NCBI RefSeq assembly: GCF_009914755.1
Contig: NC_060929.1
DNA from: the human T2T-CHM13v2.0 reference genome, Homo sapiens
Strand: one strand, 5' to 3'
Length of the DNA stretch: 64,000 nt
The notes under the pieces are model-generated. The model had not been told where the DNA came from, ran no database searches, and worked only from the letters and a program-made list of their open reading frames with translations. How positions within the stretch are numbered: the stretch's first letter is position 1; the number at the start of each line of letters is the position of its first letter. Below are positions 11,470 to 28,180 of this stretch, one piece after another. A program made the translations under genes and the position numbers.

Positions 11470-14052
11470 TTTTTTTGAACTTTTAGTTATTTATTTTGAT
11501 TCAGATCGATGGACAAGGTACCTACATTCTGGAAAGCTTCTTAATCCTTAAACAAGTGAGCTTCTACTTACTTATACATAAAAAGACAAGGAGAAAAGGT
11601 CATGATTGTCTAACAGGGAACATGAATCCACAAATAAATTATCTTACAATAAGGTCATACTTGCTTTTCTACTTTTTTACTATTGGTAAAAATGAAAAAA
11701 GAATTCACAGTAAAATAAAATTTGTAGGCCGGTATAGCATGTTAAGATTCTTATTTTTACATATTAACTTTTCAAGTAAATTTTTACACACAAATTTAAG
11801 TTTTCAAAAAATTAAGTTAAGTATTTGCCCCATATTTTTTTGGTCCGCTAAGTGACCATTTATCAACTGACATTAAACTGGACTGCAGCTCACACTCCAA
11901 AAAAGTAAAATTATGTCACAGGCTAGATACACACATGTGCATATTACATACATGTGAAATGGCTAACACTGCTGTGCATACTACTTCCATAGGTAGTTTG
12001 ACCCTATGAAAATAGTGTAGTCTATCTTGAATCAAATTGCAATAAAAGAACAAAAGATAATACTTGCCTATAATAGACATTTACTCAGGCATTTTAAAAA
12101 TGCAAAAATTAGAATGTTTGGGGGACTTAAAAATTATTGAAGATGGGATAAAAGTCAACACTGCTTATAAGTACCTGAACATGGAGAGTATTGCCAATAA
12201 ATTCAGGTGGACAGCATATGAATGAATGTGTATCACATAACTTCTACTATGTGGTCTGTTTCTCTTGTTTTATTCTAAAGATTTACATGGACTTGGATCT
12301 TTTAAGATGGTTTAAAAAATAATATTACATTGTTTTCCTAGTCTAATAACCAACTTTAAGAAACGCGATGGAAGGGTAAGAACTTTCTATGTCTTCTCAT
12401 ACTTCTAAAGTCAATTGGATTTCTATTATGACGTGATATTTTAGTTAACAGTATGCTAAAAATAAAATTGACTGAATTACAAGATTTTCCCCAACATTCA
12501 AGTCTCTTTTTGTTAAAATATTATGAAATGAATTCAGTAAATATTTTCTATTTCCAATAGCTTAAGTGAGAGATGAGTGCAACTACTTTAAAAAAAAAAA
12601 ATTAAAACTAAACTGGGCTGAAGACCAACTACGTTAAACCCTGAAAACCAAAGCGAAGCACACAAACATCTAAAACACTAATATTTTCCATCCAGGATAG
12701 AAAAATGGGCATCCAAAGTAAAGAGAACCACAAGATTGATCGAGTAACTAATTAAAAACCACTTCTCTGTTATTTGAGCTAATTGTTACTCGAAGCTTGA
12801 AGTTCCTGCCTTCATTATTATTGGTGGTTCCTAGAGTGACAGCTTCAGTGTCAAATGTGACAGTGCACACAGAAGTAACTGAAGTTAACTCATTAGTCAT
12901 TTCTTTTCCATTAACAAAAACTTCACCATTTGTACTCATACATATAGCTTGATCCTGCTGCAGAGAGTCATATCCATTCTGTTTTTCTGCAAACACCCCA
13001 TACTGTATCTTCTGTCCCACAGTTTCAACTCTGAATGTTAATGTCTGCCCACAGAAATAAGTTGGAGTTCTAGAGTAGAGAACACCTGAGGATTGAGAAT
13101 CATTCCAGAATGCAATATTACTTCGACTTTCAGACTGTACCCCTCAAAACCAGCTGTCCACTCATGAGGCACCAATGTGAAATGACCTATCTGGGGGACA
13201 CTTCAGGGCTCCAGTCCTGTTGACCATCTCCTCAGGTGCAGATTTTGGACTGATAATCAAAATTGGAGTCCATGTGCAGTACTATGAATTGAGTTTCAGA
13301 ACCTACATGTACATCCTCATAATGATTTGAAGTACGTTTGCAAAATTAGAGCCTATAATCTTGGGCTGTAAAATCATCATCCACCTTACACCATCCTACT
13401 GTGATGACTCCAGGTTTCTGTTTCAGTTCTTATATCTGTACTGGTGGGAGAGATGCTACTGTTCCATGCTTAGAAATGTAGTCTTTTACTATAAGAATTG
13501 AGTCATCCAACTGAGCAGATAAACAAAGCATATCAACCAGTAAAGGTACTTCTGGTAAGCTGTCCAACTGAATGTGTGAGACCTTTTCGGCAAAGCTATG
13601 CAGTTTCTCATTCTCTTCTACACTACCAACCATGGCAATCTCACCTACTCAGACTAAGTCCTCTGCAGTGTTGACTCCATGTTCTATGAGCCTCTGGCAG
13701 TCATCTAATGGTTTAATGGTCTCCTGCTCAATGATGTCCACCTCTTACTAAAGGGTCACCAATCGCTCATCCAGGAGCTCCTCAAGGGTTCCCTTTAAAT
13801 CATTAAAATGCTGTTTGAGAACATCCTTTGTCTGTGGTGCACACTCCTTGATCTGCCTCTGTGCCTCCCCCAGCTCCCGCCTGGAGCTCCGTGTCACCTC
13901 CACGTTCTCATGAGCTTCATGCAGCAGCAGCTCAGGCTTCAGCTCCATTGCCCCCACATGGAGCCACACATCCGGGGGAAGTTGGCCTGGGTTCCCAACT
14001 GTGCTGGGCACCTTCAAGCAGCCTGGCACAGCCTCATGCAGGCTGCCATCTA
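11470..14052 (-). pseudogene. CRLF3P2: Processed pseudogene of CRLF3 (cytokine receptor-like factor 3); CDS remnant 12670-13959
   Basis: Intronless translation matches CRLF3: MELKPELLLHEAHENVE...KQHFNDLKGTL..LLDERLVTL, HIQLDSLPEVPLLVD..LSAQLDDSI, STNG.VFVNGKEMTN...FKLRVTISSNNREVVF, YFGCPFFYPGWKILVF-TAG (12670-12672). Disabled by tandem TAG TAA at 13745-13750, further stops and indels. GC-rich 5' UTR runs to ~14052; AATAAA at 11490-11495 (- strand) lies 13 nt before an A7 remnant. The P2 number is from memory of the locus and is unverified. Confidence 0.95.
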
Positions 14053-14392
14053 ACTTATACTTTTACTATCAGCTCTGACAAAATTGTCTAACAAATGATT
14101 TATATGTATAAATTAATCCTATTAACACATTAAAGTTATTGATATTCTTGCAATTATACTATCAACTTTCTCAAACCCAGTTTCTCTTTTAATTGCTTAC
14201 AGCTATGCTTAGAAGTAGTTTTCTAGGATACACATTTCCTGTATTTTCTCTATAATTACTAAATAACTTGTAGATTTATACACCTCAATATTTGTTTAGA
14301 ACAAGTCTATTATATAATTAATATAGCTAATAAAAAAACAAGAAATTCCCTGGTAAACTTTCATTGTTTGAATTTAGGGAATAAGATAGCAG

Positions 14393-15967
14393 TGATAGTG
14401 ATGGTGCTGATGACCCGTCTGTAGTGGCTACTGCAAGGATGCCGGCTGCAGAAGGGGAGGCAACGCCAGGGCTGCGTGCTCCTTGGAGCTGGCAGGGGCT
14501 GGGAACAGGAAGGAGCCATGCTCCTTACCAAGTTGGTGGGGGAGGAGCCCTGCGCTCCTGGGCGCAGCTGCAGCTGCCCAGCCACTGCTCTGAACCTGGG
14601 CATCCTTGTACTCTCAGAGCCTCAGGAACTCCCCTGCCTCCATAGACTTGGAAGTGCCTGCTCCTACTCCCTGGCCTCTCCCCACTCCTGGCGCCCACTC
14701 CAGTGTGGAGCAAAGTTGTAGCTGAGCCCAGGTGCTGTTGGCCTGGTGTGCATGCAATTGGGACAGCACTGATGCACCAGCCGACCTGCCGCTGCCTCAG
14801 TCCCTGCTGAGCATTGGATACCAAAGAGCGTGGGAGGGGGACTGGGGGGCTGAGGGCGGCTCAGTGCAGATCTGCAGGCACCCCTCAGCACGAAAAGCCT
14901 GGACTCCACAGAAGACATGTTGATGATGGAAGGCAGACAGAGATTCCTGGATGGAAAGAGGTGGGTCCCCTACCTTCAAACCAGTGATGGCCTGAAGCCT
15001 GGGGGCCAGGCTGCCAGTCTCAGGTGGAGTCTGCTACTTGGAGTGAAAACTTATGGTGAACTTTCCAGGCCCATGCATGGTTGTTTATAGACCGATCAGC
15101 ACACACTTCCTCCCTTTTGAACCCATAAAAACCCAAGACATAGCCTGATTCACAAAGAGGTTGGGACTACCAGCAGCTGGAAGGAGCTGCCCACTTTGGG
15201 TCTCCTTGACTCTTCGGAATCACCTGCCTGTGGAAAGGAGCTCCCTACTGTGGGTTGCTTCTCCACTGACAGCTGGACACTTGTCAGGACCTGCATGGAG
15301 AAAGGAGCTACCCATTTCAGGTCTCCTGGGAGTTGTTCTGTCACTCGATGAAGCTCCTCTCCACCTTGCTCATCCTCCAGTTTTCCACATACTTCCTTCT
15401 TCCTGGATGTGGGACAAGAACTCAGGATCCTCCCAATGGCAGCACTGAAAGAGCTGTAACACAAACAGGGCTGAAACACACCCCCTGCTCACCACATTGC
15501 AAGTGATGAGGAGAGAAGAGCTGCAGCCCTTTGGGGATCCCAGAACGTAGCTAAAGCTATGACACCTTCTTTGCAGCTCTGCAGTTCCTGGTGTCTGTAA
15601 GTTTCCAGGTGCCACCATGTTCCCCGGTTCCTGCAGTGGAAATCACTTGTGGTACACCTGGTCCAGTTGCACCCTTTTGCAGAGCTGGTGTCTGTGCCAG
15701 AACCTGGAGTTTTCCACGCTGCCACAGCCAGCACACCTGGCTGTGTGCAGTGGCCAGACCTTGCACTCACTCACACACTCCTCACCACTCTGTGCCTGGC
15801 TCACTCTTGGCAGGCATGGCATCCAGGCCAGTAGCACAAGCAGAACACTGCCAGCCAGGCTGAGTGGGTTGAATGAGCCCAGCAAGACCAAGGAAAACGC
15901 AAGTAAAAGTGCCACTGGCCACAGAAGTTTCCGGCTGGAAAAGTGACACCCTAAGGACCCTGTGACA
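14393..15967 (+). mobile_element. MER52-family ERV1 solo LTR
   Basis: GC-rich ~1.57 kb block ending in the MER52-type terminus 'gaagtttccggctggaaaagtgacaccctaaggaccctgtgaca'; TATA-like 'cccataaaaacc' at ~15122. Confidence 0.85.
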
Positions 15968-16084
15968 AGAATGCTTTAGATTGGGGGGTCTTGGAAAATC
16001 CATTTAGAGCAAATATATAGAAGATCAAAATCTCATAGACAACATTTCCAAAAATGAAATAAAAGTGCCTTTACACACTCCAAG

Positions 16085-16450
16085 AAATAAGCAGGGAGCC
16101 AGGCATGGGGCAGGAGTAAGTGTAAAGGGTCTTCAGACCCTGGGTAAGTCTGACAATTGTAAAAGGAAAAACTAGGTAGGAAAAGACTCTGTCTACAACC
16201 CAGTTCTGAGAAAGTTTTGGTTAGACCAATAGACTGCCCTTTGAAAAAGTCCTGAACTGGGCACAGAACTGGATGATTCTAGTATTTCATACCATATTCG
16301 GTCTTTGGCTAAGGGCAGTCTAGTGGAAGCAGAGCCTTCATCTGAATGCTGTAATAGAACCAATATAGGCAGCAGTGGGAGGCTGATGGGCAGCTATGCT
16401 TCCCATAAAAGGTTCTAGAAGAGATCTGAACACTTCCATGGCTGCCACAC
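16085..16450. mobile_element. Degenerate ERVL LTR (LTR16-like)
   Basis: 'ggtaggaaaagactctgtctacaacccagttctgagaaagttttggttagaccaat' resembles LTR16-group sequence. Confidence 0.4.
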
Positions 16451-16859
16451 TCTACCCATTGCAACTCACATCCACTTCTCTAAGTGCCTGCATAGTTCTT
16501 GGGTCTCTGTTTCTGAAAGAAATTACTGTGATAAACCACAGCTCCCTTTTTCTATGTTTGGTCTTGGTGCCACAATGGGTTTGGGATTGCAACATAATAC
16601 TTTTAAAAGATAGACCACCTTCAGATTGTGGAGTTTAATTTATCTTATTACCCGCTATAATGTGTATATAAGGCTGAATATTGTTCAGCAGCCATTTTGT
16701 GACTATGAGTTGAAAAGTGTCAAAAGAATTAAAAAAAAAATCCATCAAGAACAAAGGGAACATTACAAAAATTAAAATAGGCATATATGATGAAGCCAAA
16801 AACAGAAGTTCCAGCTTTATAATTCCCAAAATCATGAACTTTGGAAGAAAAAGCAATTA

Positions 16860-18860
16860 ATGGAGAATTAAAAATTCGAAACAGGTGAGGAAAAAGCTCG
16901 TGATGTAAAATATGTACTCAGAAAAATGTTGTAATTCTGCAGAGATACTAGGAGAAATATATGAAATCTGATTTGAAGTATAGGGATATAGCAAGGTTTA
17001 TTATGTTTCTAATAATCCATGCAGAAAGTAAGATACGATTTGAAGAAGGAATTTTTTCAGAATACAATATCAATAATTTTCTAGAACTGGCTTAATTGAT
17101 TATCCAATTAAACAACGATAACAACATCTACAAAGGGTCCCAAGCAGGGTAAACAAAAATCTAATCCATACTAAGACACATTGTATCAAAATTACTGCTA
17201 GTAAGTAAAAAATATATTTTTAAAGTCATTAGTGACAAATAACAAATTACTTGCAAAGGAATAATACATGTATCACAGGTCCCAGAAGATAGTAAAATAA
17301 GAGACTCAAAGTGCTGAAGAGAAACTACTATGAATATAAAAATTGCCATCCATCTATCTCTACTGAAAGAGCTACTAATAGATCTACCTCAGCAATATAG
17401 GAAAGAAGAAACAGGGAAGAAAGGGGATATAAGTAAATAAAATGATAAAATGGTAAAACATATAAATATATATATACACACATACAAATAGCTACTGTCT
17501 ATGAATATTGGCAATAACTTAGTGTTGGGTGATTAAAAATCAGGTAGAACCAAAATTTTTAAAACCATATGAAAATGAGATAAGTTGCTGAATTAAATTT
17601 TAATGTCTGCAGATGTCTGCAGATGATTTTCTTAGCAGTATAGGAGAAAAAAGATATCTATTAACTCAGTGAAATAATATAAATAAAAAGTCTACTCCAT
17701 GTTAATAAATTAAGAGAAATGAATAGAATAAAGAAGACACATATTTAGAAGAGGGTTTCTTAACCTTCGCATATGGACACTCAAGGCAGGAAATCTCTTG
17801 GTTGTGTGGGGTTGTCCTGTGCATCGAAAGATGTTGAATACCATCTCTAGCTTGTACCCACCTGATGCCAGTACTACCTCTCTCCCTGTTGGGACTACTG
17901 TGACAACCAAAAATGGCCTCACTTGAGAACCACTCAACTGACATAAAGGAGAAAAGGAAAAAAGAAAATGGAAATGTAGTCAATAGAAAACACCATAGAA
18001 ATAATATAAATAACTCCAAATATATTAGTAATCATAATCAATGCAAAGTTATTATATCAATTATTTAAAGACTCATAAATTGTGTTAATATTTTTTAAAA
18101 TTACAGCTTTATACTATTTCAGAGCCTCCCCTAAACCATAATGATTTAGAAAGGTATACAATTTAGAAAGGAATAGCAAAACAAGACACAAGATAATTCT
18201 ATAAAAGAAAGATGACATATAATAATACATGAATTTAAGTAGAATAGTATGACTAGGAATAAAGAAGGATAGCATCTAATATATATAGAACAATCTACCA
18301 AGATATAAAAAGCATTCACAAAAAAATAGAAAAAATGAAAAGGCATTCATTGCTGCAGACCTTCTATAATAGATTATAATTAATAAAGCATGAATTTTGT
18401 AATTTAATGAAAGTATATCTAAGATAATATTTGATTTTTTCTCAAAAAGAATCAGCAGTAGAATACTAATTATTTACAACATGAATTAAATAGTAAAGCA
18501 TGTAGTTTAAATGCATATTACATATAATGTTATATTTGGTATAAAATATATTTTATATTATAATATATAATACATAATTTGTGTGGATGTATATGTGATA
18601 TGTGTGCATCTTTTCAGAAGTGGATGATGTGTCTGGACACAAAATGACAACGTTATAAGAAATAATAATAATAATAGTCACCACTATACAAATTATTTTC
18701 TTAATACTCAATGTTATACAATTAAAAATCTGGAATGAACATTTTGTACAATCCTCTAATATTTTTAGGAACTTAAAAATATACACTCCCGACAATATTT
18801 TCTATGTAAAGTGAAATAACAATAGAGATTACAAAACAATTGGACTAAAAAAGACTATTT
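16860..18860 (+). mobile_element. Highly decayed L1M fragments (ORF1/ORF2 region)
   Basis: A-rich; L1-like blocks such as 'tccatactaagacacattgtatcaaaattac' and 'ccaaatatattagtaatcataatcaatgcaaag'. Confidence 0.5.
17751..17934 (-). mobile_element. MER20 (hAT-Charlie)
   Basis: Reverse strand reads 'gtggttctcaa...ttttggttgtcaca...tactggcatcaggtgggta...tgcacaggacaacccc...gttaagaaaccct'. Confidence 0.85.
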
Positions 18861-19369
18861 TTTTTTCTTGTTTTTTCCTTTAATGCTATCTTCAGGGTTG
18901 AAGCAGAGACCCACACATGGGTATAATAGAAACTGTCCTACTAGAGAACACTGGGATTAAACCCACATCTCCCTGAAACTTAAAACCTGTCACCTAAGGG
19001 AAGCCTGAGTACTGCGACTTGCATCTTCCTTTTCCTTGGACTTCCACCTATGATGGACTTAGAGAAAACTCCCGAAACTCACCGTGCCCTATCCCGTAGT
19101 AGTCAAAGTCTTGCCACAACTCTGCGATGAATCTACCGAGACTACTCTTATTATGTCTTTGTTTATGTTAGTCACAAAAAAAACCCTCAGGCTGTCAGGT
19201 TACCACTGGATCTCCACATCCTAATCCCAACAAAGCTTTGTGCATCCCTATTATTTTTCCGTTTGCAGTCTTGTCTCCTCACATTCTTTCACTCTACCAC
19301 TGATTTTCACTGCTATGTATAACAGTTATGTTTAAAATCTTGTTAAACATACTTTTTTTTTATTGTCTA

Positions 19370-20867
19370 TGTCACAGGATCCTTAGGGTGTCGCTTTTCC
19401 AGCTGGAAACCTCTGTGGCCAGTGGTGCCTTGGCCCGAGTTTTGCTCGGGCTGCTGGTCTTATTATTCCACCCATTCAGCCTGGCAGCCTGTGCTCCGCT
19501 CACACTACTGGCCCAGATCCATGACTGCCAAGGGCAAGCCAGGCACAGAGTGGACAGGGTTAAGTGAGTGAGTCCAGGGTCCGGCCATGGTGCACAACCA
19601 GGCATGCCGGCTGTGGTGGGGCGGGAAGCTCCAGGCGCCAGTACAGATGCCATCTTCGTGCGAAGCTTTGGCTGGACCAGGTGTACCATAAGCAGATTCC
19701 ACCACAGGCACCAGGAACATGGTGGCACTCAGAAGCTTGGAGATTCCAGGAACCACAGAGCACCAAAGAAAGTGACAGCCCTGGGTCAGGGTCGCCCTAG
19801 GTCTGGGCTCTCCAAAGGGCCGCAGCTCTTCTCTCCTCTTGTTGCCTGCAAGGTGGTGAGTCAGGGAGCAGTGGGGGTGGGGAAGGGTATGTGTTTCAGC
19901 CCTGTTTGTGTTACAGTTCTTTCAGCCCCACCATCGGGCAGATCCTGAGTTCTTGTCCAGCATCCAGGAAGAATGAGGTATGCAGACAACTGAAGGGTGA
20001 GCAAGGTGGTGAAGAGCTTCATTGAGTGACAGAACAGCTTTCAGGAGACCCAAAGTGGGTAGCTCCTTTCTGCAGCTGATAGCCCTGACATTATGTGTGA
20101 GTCTGGCTGACTACATGGTTTTTATGGTCTCAAAAGGGAGAAAGAGCATGCTGATTGGTCCAGGGGAAGCCATGGGCGGCCTGGGAAAAGCACCATAATT
20201 TCTCACACCCAGCCAGACTCCTCCTGGAATTGGCAGCCTGTCCCCCAAGCTTCAGGTCAACCCTGGCTTGAAAGTGGGGTCTCACTGGGCACCCACCCCT
20301 TTCTTCCTCCCAGGAATCTGTCTGCTCCCCACCATCAACATGTTGTCTGTGGCACCCAGCCTGTCCATGCTGAGGGGTGCCTACAGGTTCATGCTGAGCC
20401 ACCCTCAGGCCCCCAGCCTCACTTCCATGCTTGCCAGCGTCCAAAGTCCATAGGGCACCAGGGTGGCAGGGTGGGTGCTGGCATGTCAGTGCCACCCTGA
20501 GTCGTGGCTCACCCAGTCGGGTCAAGACAGTGCCCGGGTTTGGTTACAACTTAGCTCCACACCAGTGCAGGTGCTTGAAGCGGGGACAGGCCAGGGAGCT
20601 GGAGCAGACACTTCGGAGTCTGTGGTGGGAGGGGGGATTTCTGTGTTCCTGAGAACTCAGAAATGCCTGGGTCCAGAGCACGGCTGGGTGGCTGCAGCTG
20701 CACCTGGAAGCACTGGGCTCCCATCTTGCCAATTCAGTAGGTGTCAGGGAAACTGCCTGTTCCTGGCTCCTGCCACCCATGCAGACCTTGCAACCGTGGC
20801 TGCATCGCCCCCATTACATCTAGCATCTTCAGAGTGGCCACTCCTGATGAGCCGCCAGCTGCCATCA
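19370..20867 (-). mobile_element. MER52-family ERV1 solo LTR, inverted relative to the copy at 14393
   Basis: Begins 'tgtcacaggatccttagggtgtcgcttttccagctggaaacctctgtggccagtgg', the reverse complement of the first LTR's 3' end; ends '...gctgccatca'. Confidence 0.85.
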
Positions 20868-21099
20868 CCAACACATTATATGAGTACTTCATTCTTTTGC
20901 TCAAATTGCAAACCAGCTGTTCACCAATATATACTAATTAATGGATAAATTCTCTTGCAGTATCTGTCAGTGATGGCTTTTTTTTTCCCCACAGTGGTGA
21001 CTTTACTTTTATTTTTCTCAAAGCTCTCATATCATTCTGCTTGGAAGTCAACTAGAAATATATTTTTTTATTTATAGTACAATATTTTGATTCCATTTC

Positions 21100-21629
21100 C
21101 ACCCTTTTAGAAGCCATACTCAAGGATCATCTCCAGTAATTTTCATGTCCTGGCAACCACACTTCTGTGTATTTCCTCCCATATTGAATAAGGCATCATT
21201 GGTAATCAATACATTATTGTGGGTGATGAGTGAGTGTGGATAGGTCATAAAAGACATTGCTCTTCTGTCTTTCTTTCTCTGGAATCGCTTGCTCTGAATC
21301 TGGCTGCAGTGTTGTGAGGATACTCCACTACCCTTAAAGAGAAATCCATGTGTTGAGAAACAGACCTCCCTTCAATCACCAGAATCAACTTGCAAACCCT
21401 ATGAATGAGCAACCTAAGAAGTAAATCTCACAGGCTCAGTAAAGAAACTGATGACCAGTCATAGCTCATGAAGATTGCAACATTTTGAGAGTATTCCCAA
21501 GGCAGAAGCATTCAGCAAAGTGCTCAATTTTCTCACCAATAGAAACTCTCAGATAATAAATGTTTGCTGTGATTTTAAGATGCTAATTTTGTTGATGTAT
21601 TGATTTTACAGCAAAATATAAAGAATACA
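21100..21629 (+). mobile_element. MaLR LTR (MLT1F/G-like)
   Basis: 'taggtcataaaagacattgc...agaaactctcagataataaatgtttgctgtgattttaag...aagaataca' is an MLT1-type terminus. Confidence 0.7.
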
Positions 21630-21744
21630 ACCATCTTTCCAAAAATCTTCAGCTTTGAATCTCAGGTTAAAATACTGTATCAGCTACTATAGCTAATTAT
21701 GTTATCATCCGAGTATCCCCAGGACATCATTTTTTAATTTCCTT

Positions 21745-22036
21745 TCTTATTTTTTATTTTTATTTTTATTAGACTATGTCTTGCTACTGCTAGAGTGCAG
21801 TAGCATGATCATAGCTCACTGCAGCCTTGAACTCCTGAACTCAAGCCATTTTCCCAGCTCAGCCTCCTGAGTAGTTGGGAATGCAGGCATATGCCACCAG
21901 TTAATTAAAAAACAAATTGTAGAGATTGGTCTTGCTGTGATGCTCAGGCTGTTTTCAAACTCATGGCTTCAAGGTATCCCTTTGCCTCAGGCTCTCAGAA
22001 CACTGAGACTACAGGCATGAACCACAGTGCTCAGCC
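21745..22036 (-). mobile_element. Alu (AluJ, diverged)
   Basis: 'gagtgcagtagcatgatcatagctcactgcagccttgaactcctg' shows J features. Confidence 0.85.
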
Positions 22037-22049
22037 TCACCCTTCATTT

Positions 22050-23230
22050 TCTGATTGTAGCTACCGTCCCACTGTCACTTTCTCAAATATCACTAAACAA
22101 TTCATGGAAGTTTCAATATATAGAAATAACAATTTCAAAATCCTAGCCATTCAGTTCCTGGAACTCTGTTCCTATAAATGATTTTTTTCCATTTCCCTAC
22201 TTCATCCTTGTTATTCACATGATTATACTATAGACATTACAATTGCAATTACTGTACTAGTTCTATAATTTAAATGTGACATATTCTGTTGTTTGATCAT
22301 CAGCTTCTTTCTACTAGCTCACTCACAATCACGATTTTTAATTCTTGATTCTCACTAACTTAGCCCTGTCTTTCACTCTTTTGTTGGGTCTAAGCTCTAG
22401 ATCACATCAGTGCACTCTTCTAAAAAAAAAAACCTTCTTGGTTTTGCTCTCATCTCATTGATTGTTCTTTCCAAGTGTTTTACGGTGGTATATTCGTTTC
22501 TACCCAAACCTCCGTTGGAATTCTTTCCAGCTCCACTTTTGGGTCCTCTTTGCTATCTATGCTTTCTCCTGTGGTGATCCTATCTATTCTAATAATTTTA
22601 TATGCCATCTCTTTGTTCACAAATTCAAAATGTATTTCAGCAGCCCAGGCCTCCCTTGAACTCTAAACAAAGATCTATCTATTTACTGCACATTTTAAGT
22701 CAGATGGATAAAACATTCCTCATACTCAACAATAAAAAACTGAATTCAAAATATTTTCTTGTTATATTTAAAGCCCACCTTTGCTCCATGGATGGCCAAA
22801 AATTTTGGAGTCACAATTATCTACTCTTCCTTTGTCACCTCATATGTGAAATATTAGCAAATCCTATCTTTTATACTTTTAAAATATATATAAGGTAGGT
22901 TCAACACTGTTATAGTTACCATCTATTTAGAGCCACCATTATCTCTCAAGACATCATCGATTCTTCTCTGCCTCCCTTTAATCTGTACTTAACAACATCT
23001 AGTTTTATTATTTATACATGTGAGTCATATATCCCTTTGGCTATTTTACCTTCTTCAAATCTTTGTTCAAATTTCATATTTTCAGAGAGGAGTAGACTAA
23101 CTTTCCTATTTGATATTGCATGTGCCACTACTTTCCTGGCCCTTCCACTATTACTTAAGCCTGATCTGTGTTTTGTATTTTCTATAGCACCCACCAGTTT
23201 TTAATATAACATGAAATTGTCTTTTTTAAA
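22050..23230 (+). mobile_element. L2 fragments (continue at 27041-27170 after the L1PA insertion)
   Basis: 'ttcaaaatgtatttcagcagcccaggcctcccttgaactc...aaaaattttggagtcac' resemble L2; an L2 3'-like end follows the L1. Confidence 0.55.
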
Positions 23231-23240
23231 GATCATCTTT

Positions 23241-27030
<3,790 letters not shown>

Positions 27031-27279
27031 GATCATCTTTATTTTTTATTCTTCCACTGCCCTCCCCAAAACACGGTAAGCTCCATGGTTGCTTTTGTTC
27101 TTAACATTGGTATATCCCAAGTGTCTAGAAAGGTTTTTGTCAAAAATCAGATAAATAAATATGTCTACGTAAGTTAATAAAAGTACTGTAGTTCAAGTTG
27201 AAGGATGTAGCAAACTCTGTATTTAGAGTCTAACATTGCTATATAAATATGTATAATAAAAAAAGATAAAAATAGATGA

Positions 27280-28180
27280 AAGACTGTAAATACATGTAAA
27301 TGTTAAACTCAATAATCCATAAAATAAGATAATGAAGTAAGTAAAGACACAAAAATCAATACAAAAGATCAAAACTAATTACCTGAAAATATTAACAAAA
27401 TAAGTAAACTTCTTATAAGAAAACAATAAAATTGAGGGAGGTATTCATATATAGTACTAGGAAGGGAAAAAGGAAACATAGTTAGAGAGATAATATAGGT
27501 CACCAGAAGAGAATAATATTATGCACAATTTTATGCCAATAGTTTTTTGAAAATATAGACATTATGAAAATTTATTAATTTATTTTAAAAAAGATAATCT
27601 GACCATACCAACAGAACAGGCAATGAACAAATAATCCAAAATCTTTGATAAACAACGGCAAAAAAGCTGGTTTTATATAATTGAAAAGTTGAGTTTACTA
27701 AATATTTATGAAAATAAGTATCATTGTAAACTACAGTAGAAAAAAATATAAAGGTATTTGGGTCATTTTCTGAAGCTGATGCAACAGTCATAAATTGGCA
27801 TCTTATAATATCAGAAAAATATAATGCTATTCTAATACTATTGTTTTTAAAATTAAAAGTAAATGACAGCAAAAAATAATCCAACCATGTGTAAAAAATA
27901 GTATGTTCCAAGCAGAATTCAAAAATGCAAGAATGCTTCAACCAAAAAAAAAAAAAAAAAACTAGATCGTTGATTTTAACTTAATCAGAAGAATACTGAA
28001 AAAACTGTTGCCATGAATGGAAAACATTTACAATATAAAGGTTGAGGCAGGTAGAAATAGAAGAGAATATCTTGCAAGTAAAAGAAAATCTATCAACAAT
28101 TTCAGCAAATATAATACTTGTAGAATATCTTCTAGTTATAAAGAAATTCTAAAAGTAGATTAATGTCTAATTCAGGACAG
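27280..28180 (+). mobile_element. Old L1M ORF2 fragment
   Basis: 'aatattatgcacaattttatgccaatag...' and 'gcagaattcaaaaatgcaagaatgcttcaac' are decayed ORF2-like sequence. Confidence 0.55.

Noticed and set aside
14361-16003. Dense cluster of overlapping 60-110 aa ORFs on both strands
   Set aside because: They lie in a GC-rich MER52 LTR, which is stop-poor by composition; no recognisable protein similarity.
18930-19000. tRNA-like 'actgggattaaaccc' motif
   Set aside because: No cloverleaf; at best a MIR-derived B-box remnant.
19328-20948. Second ORF cluster, including a 161 aa ORF and peptides similar to the first cluster
   Set aside because: The similarity comes from the second, inverted MER52 copy, not from paralogous genes.
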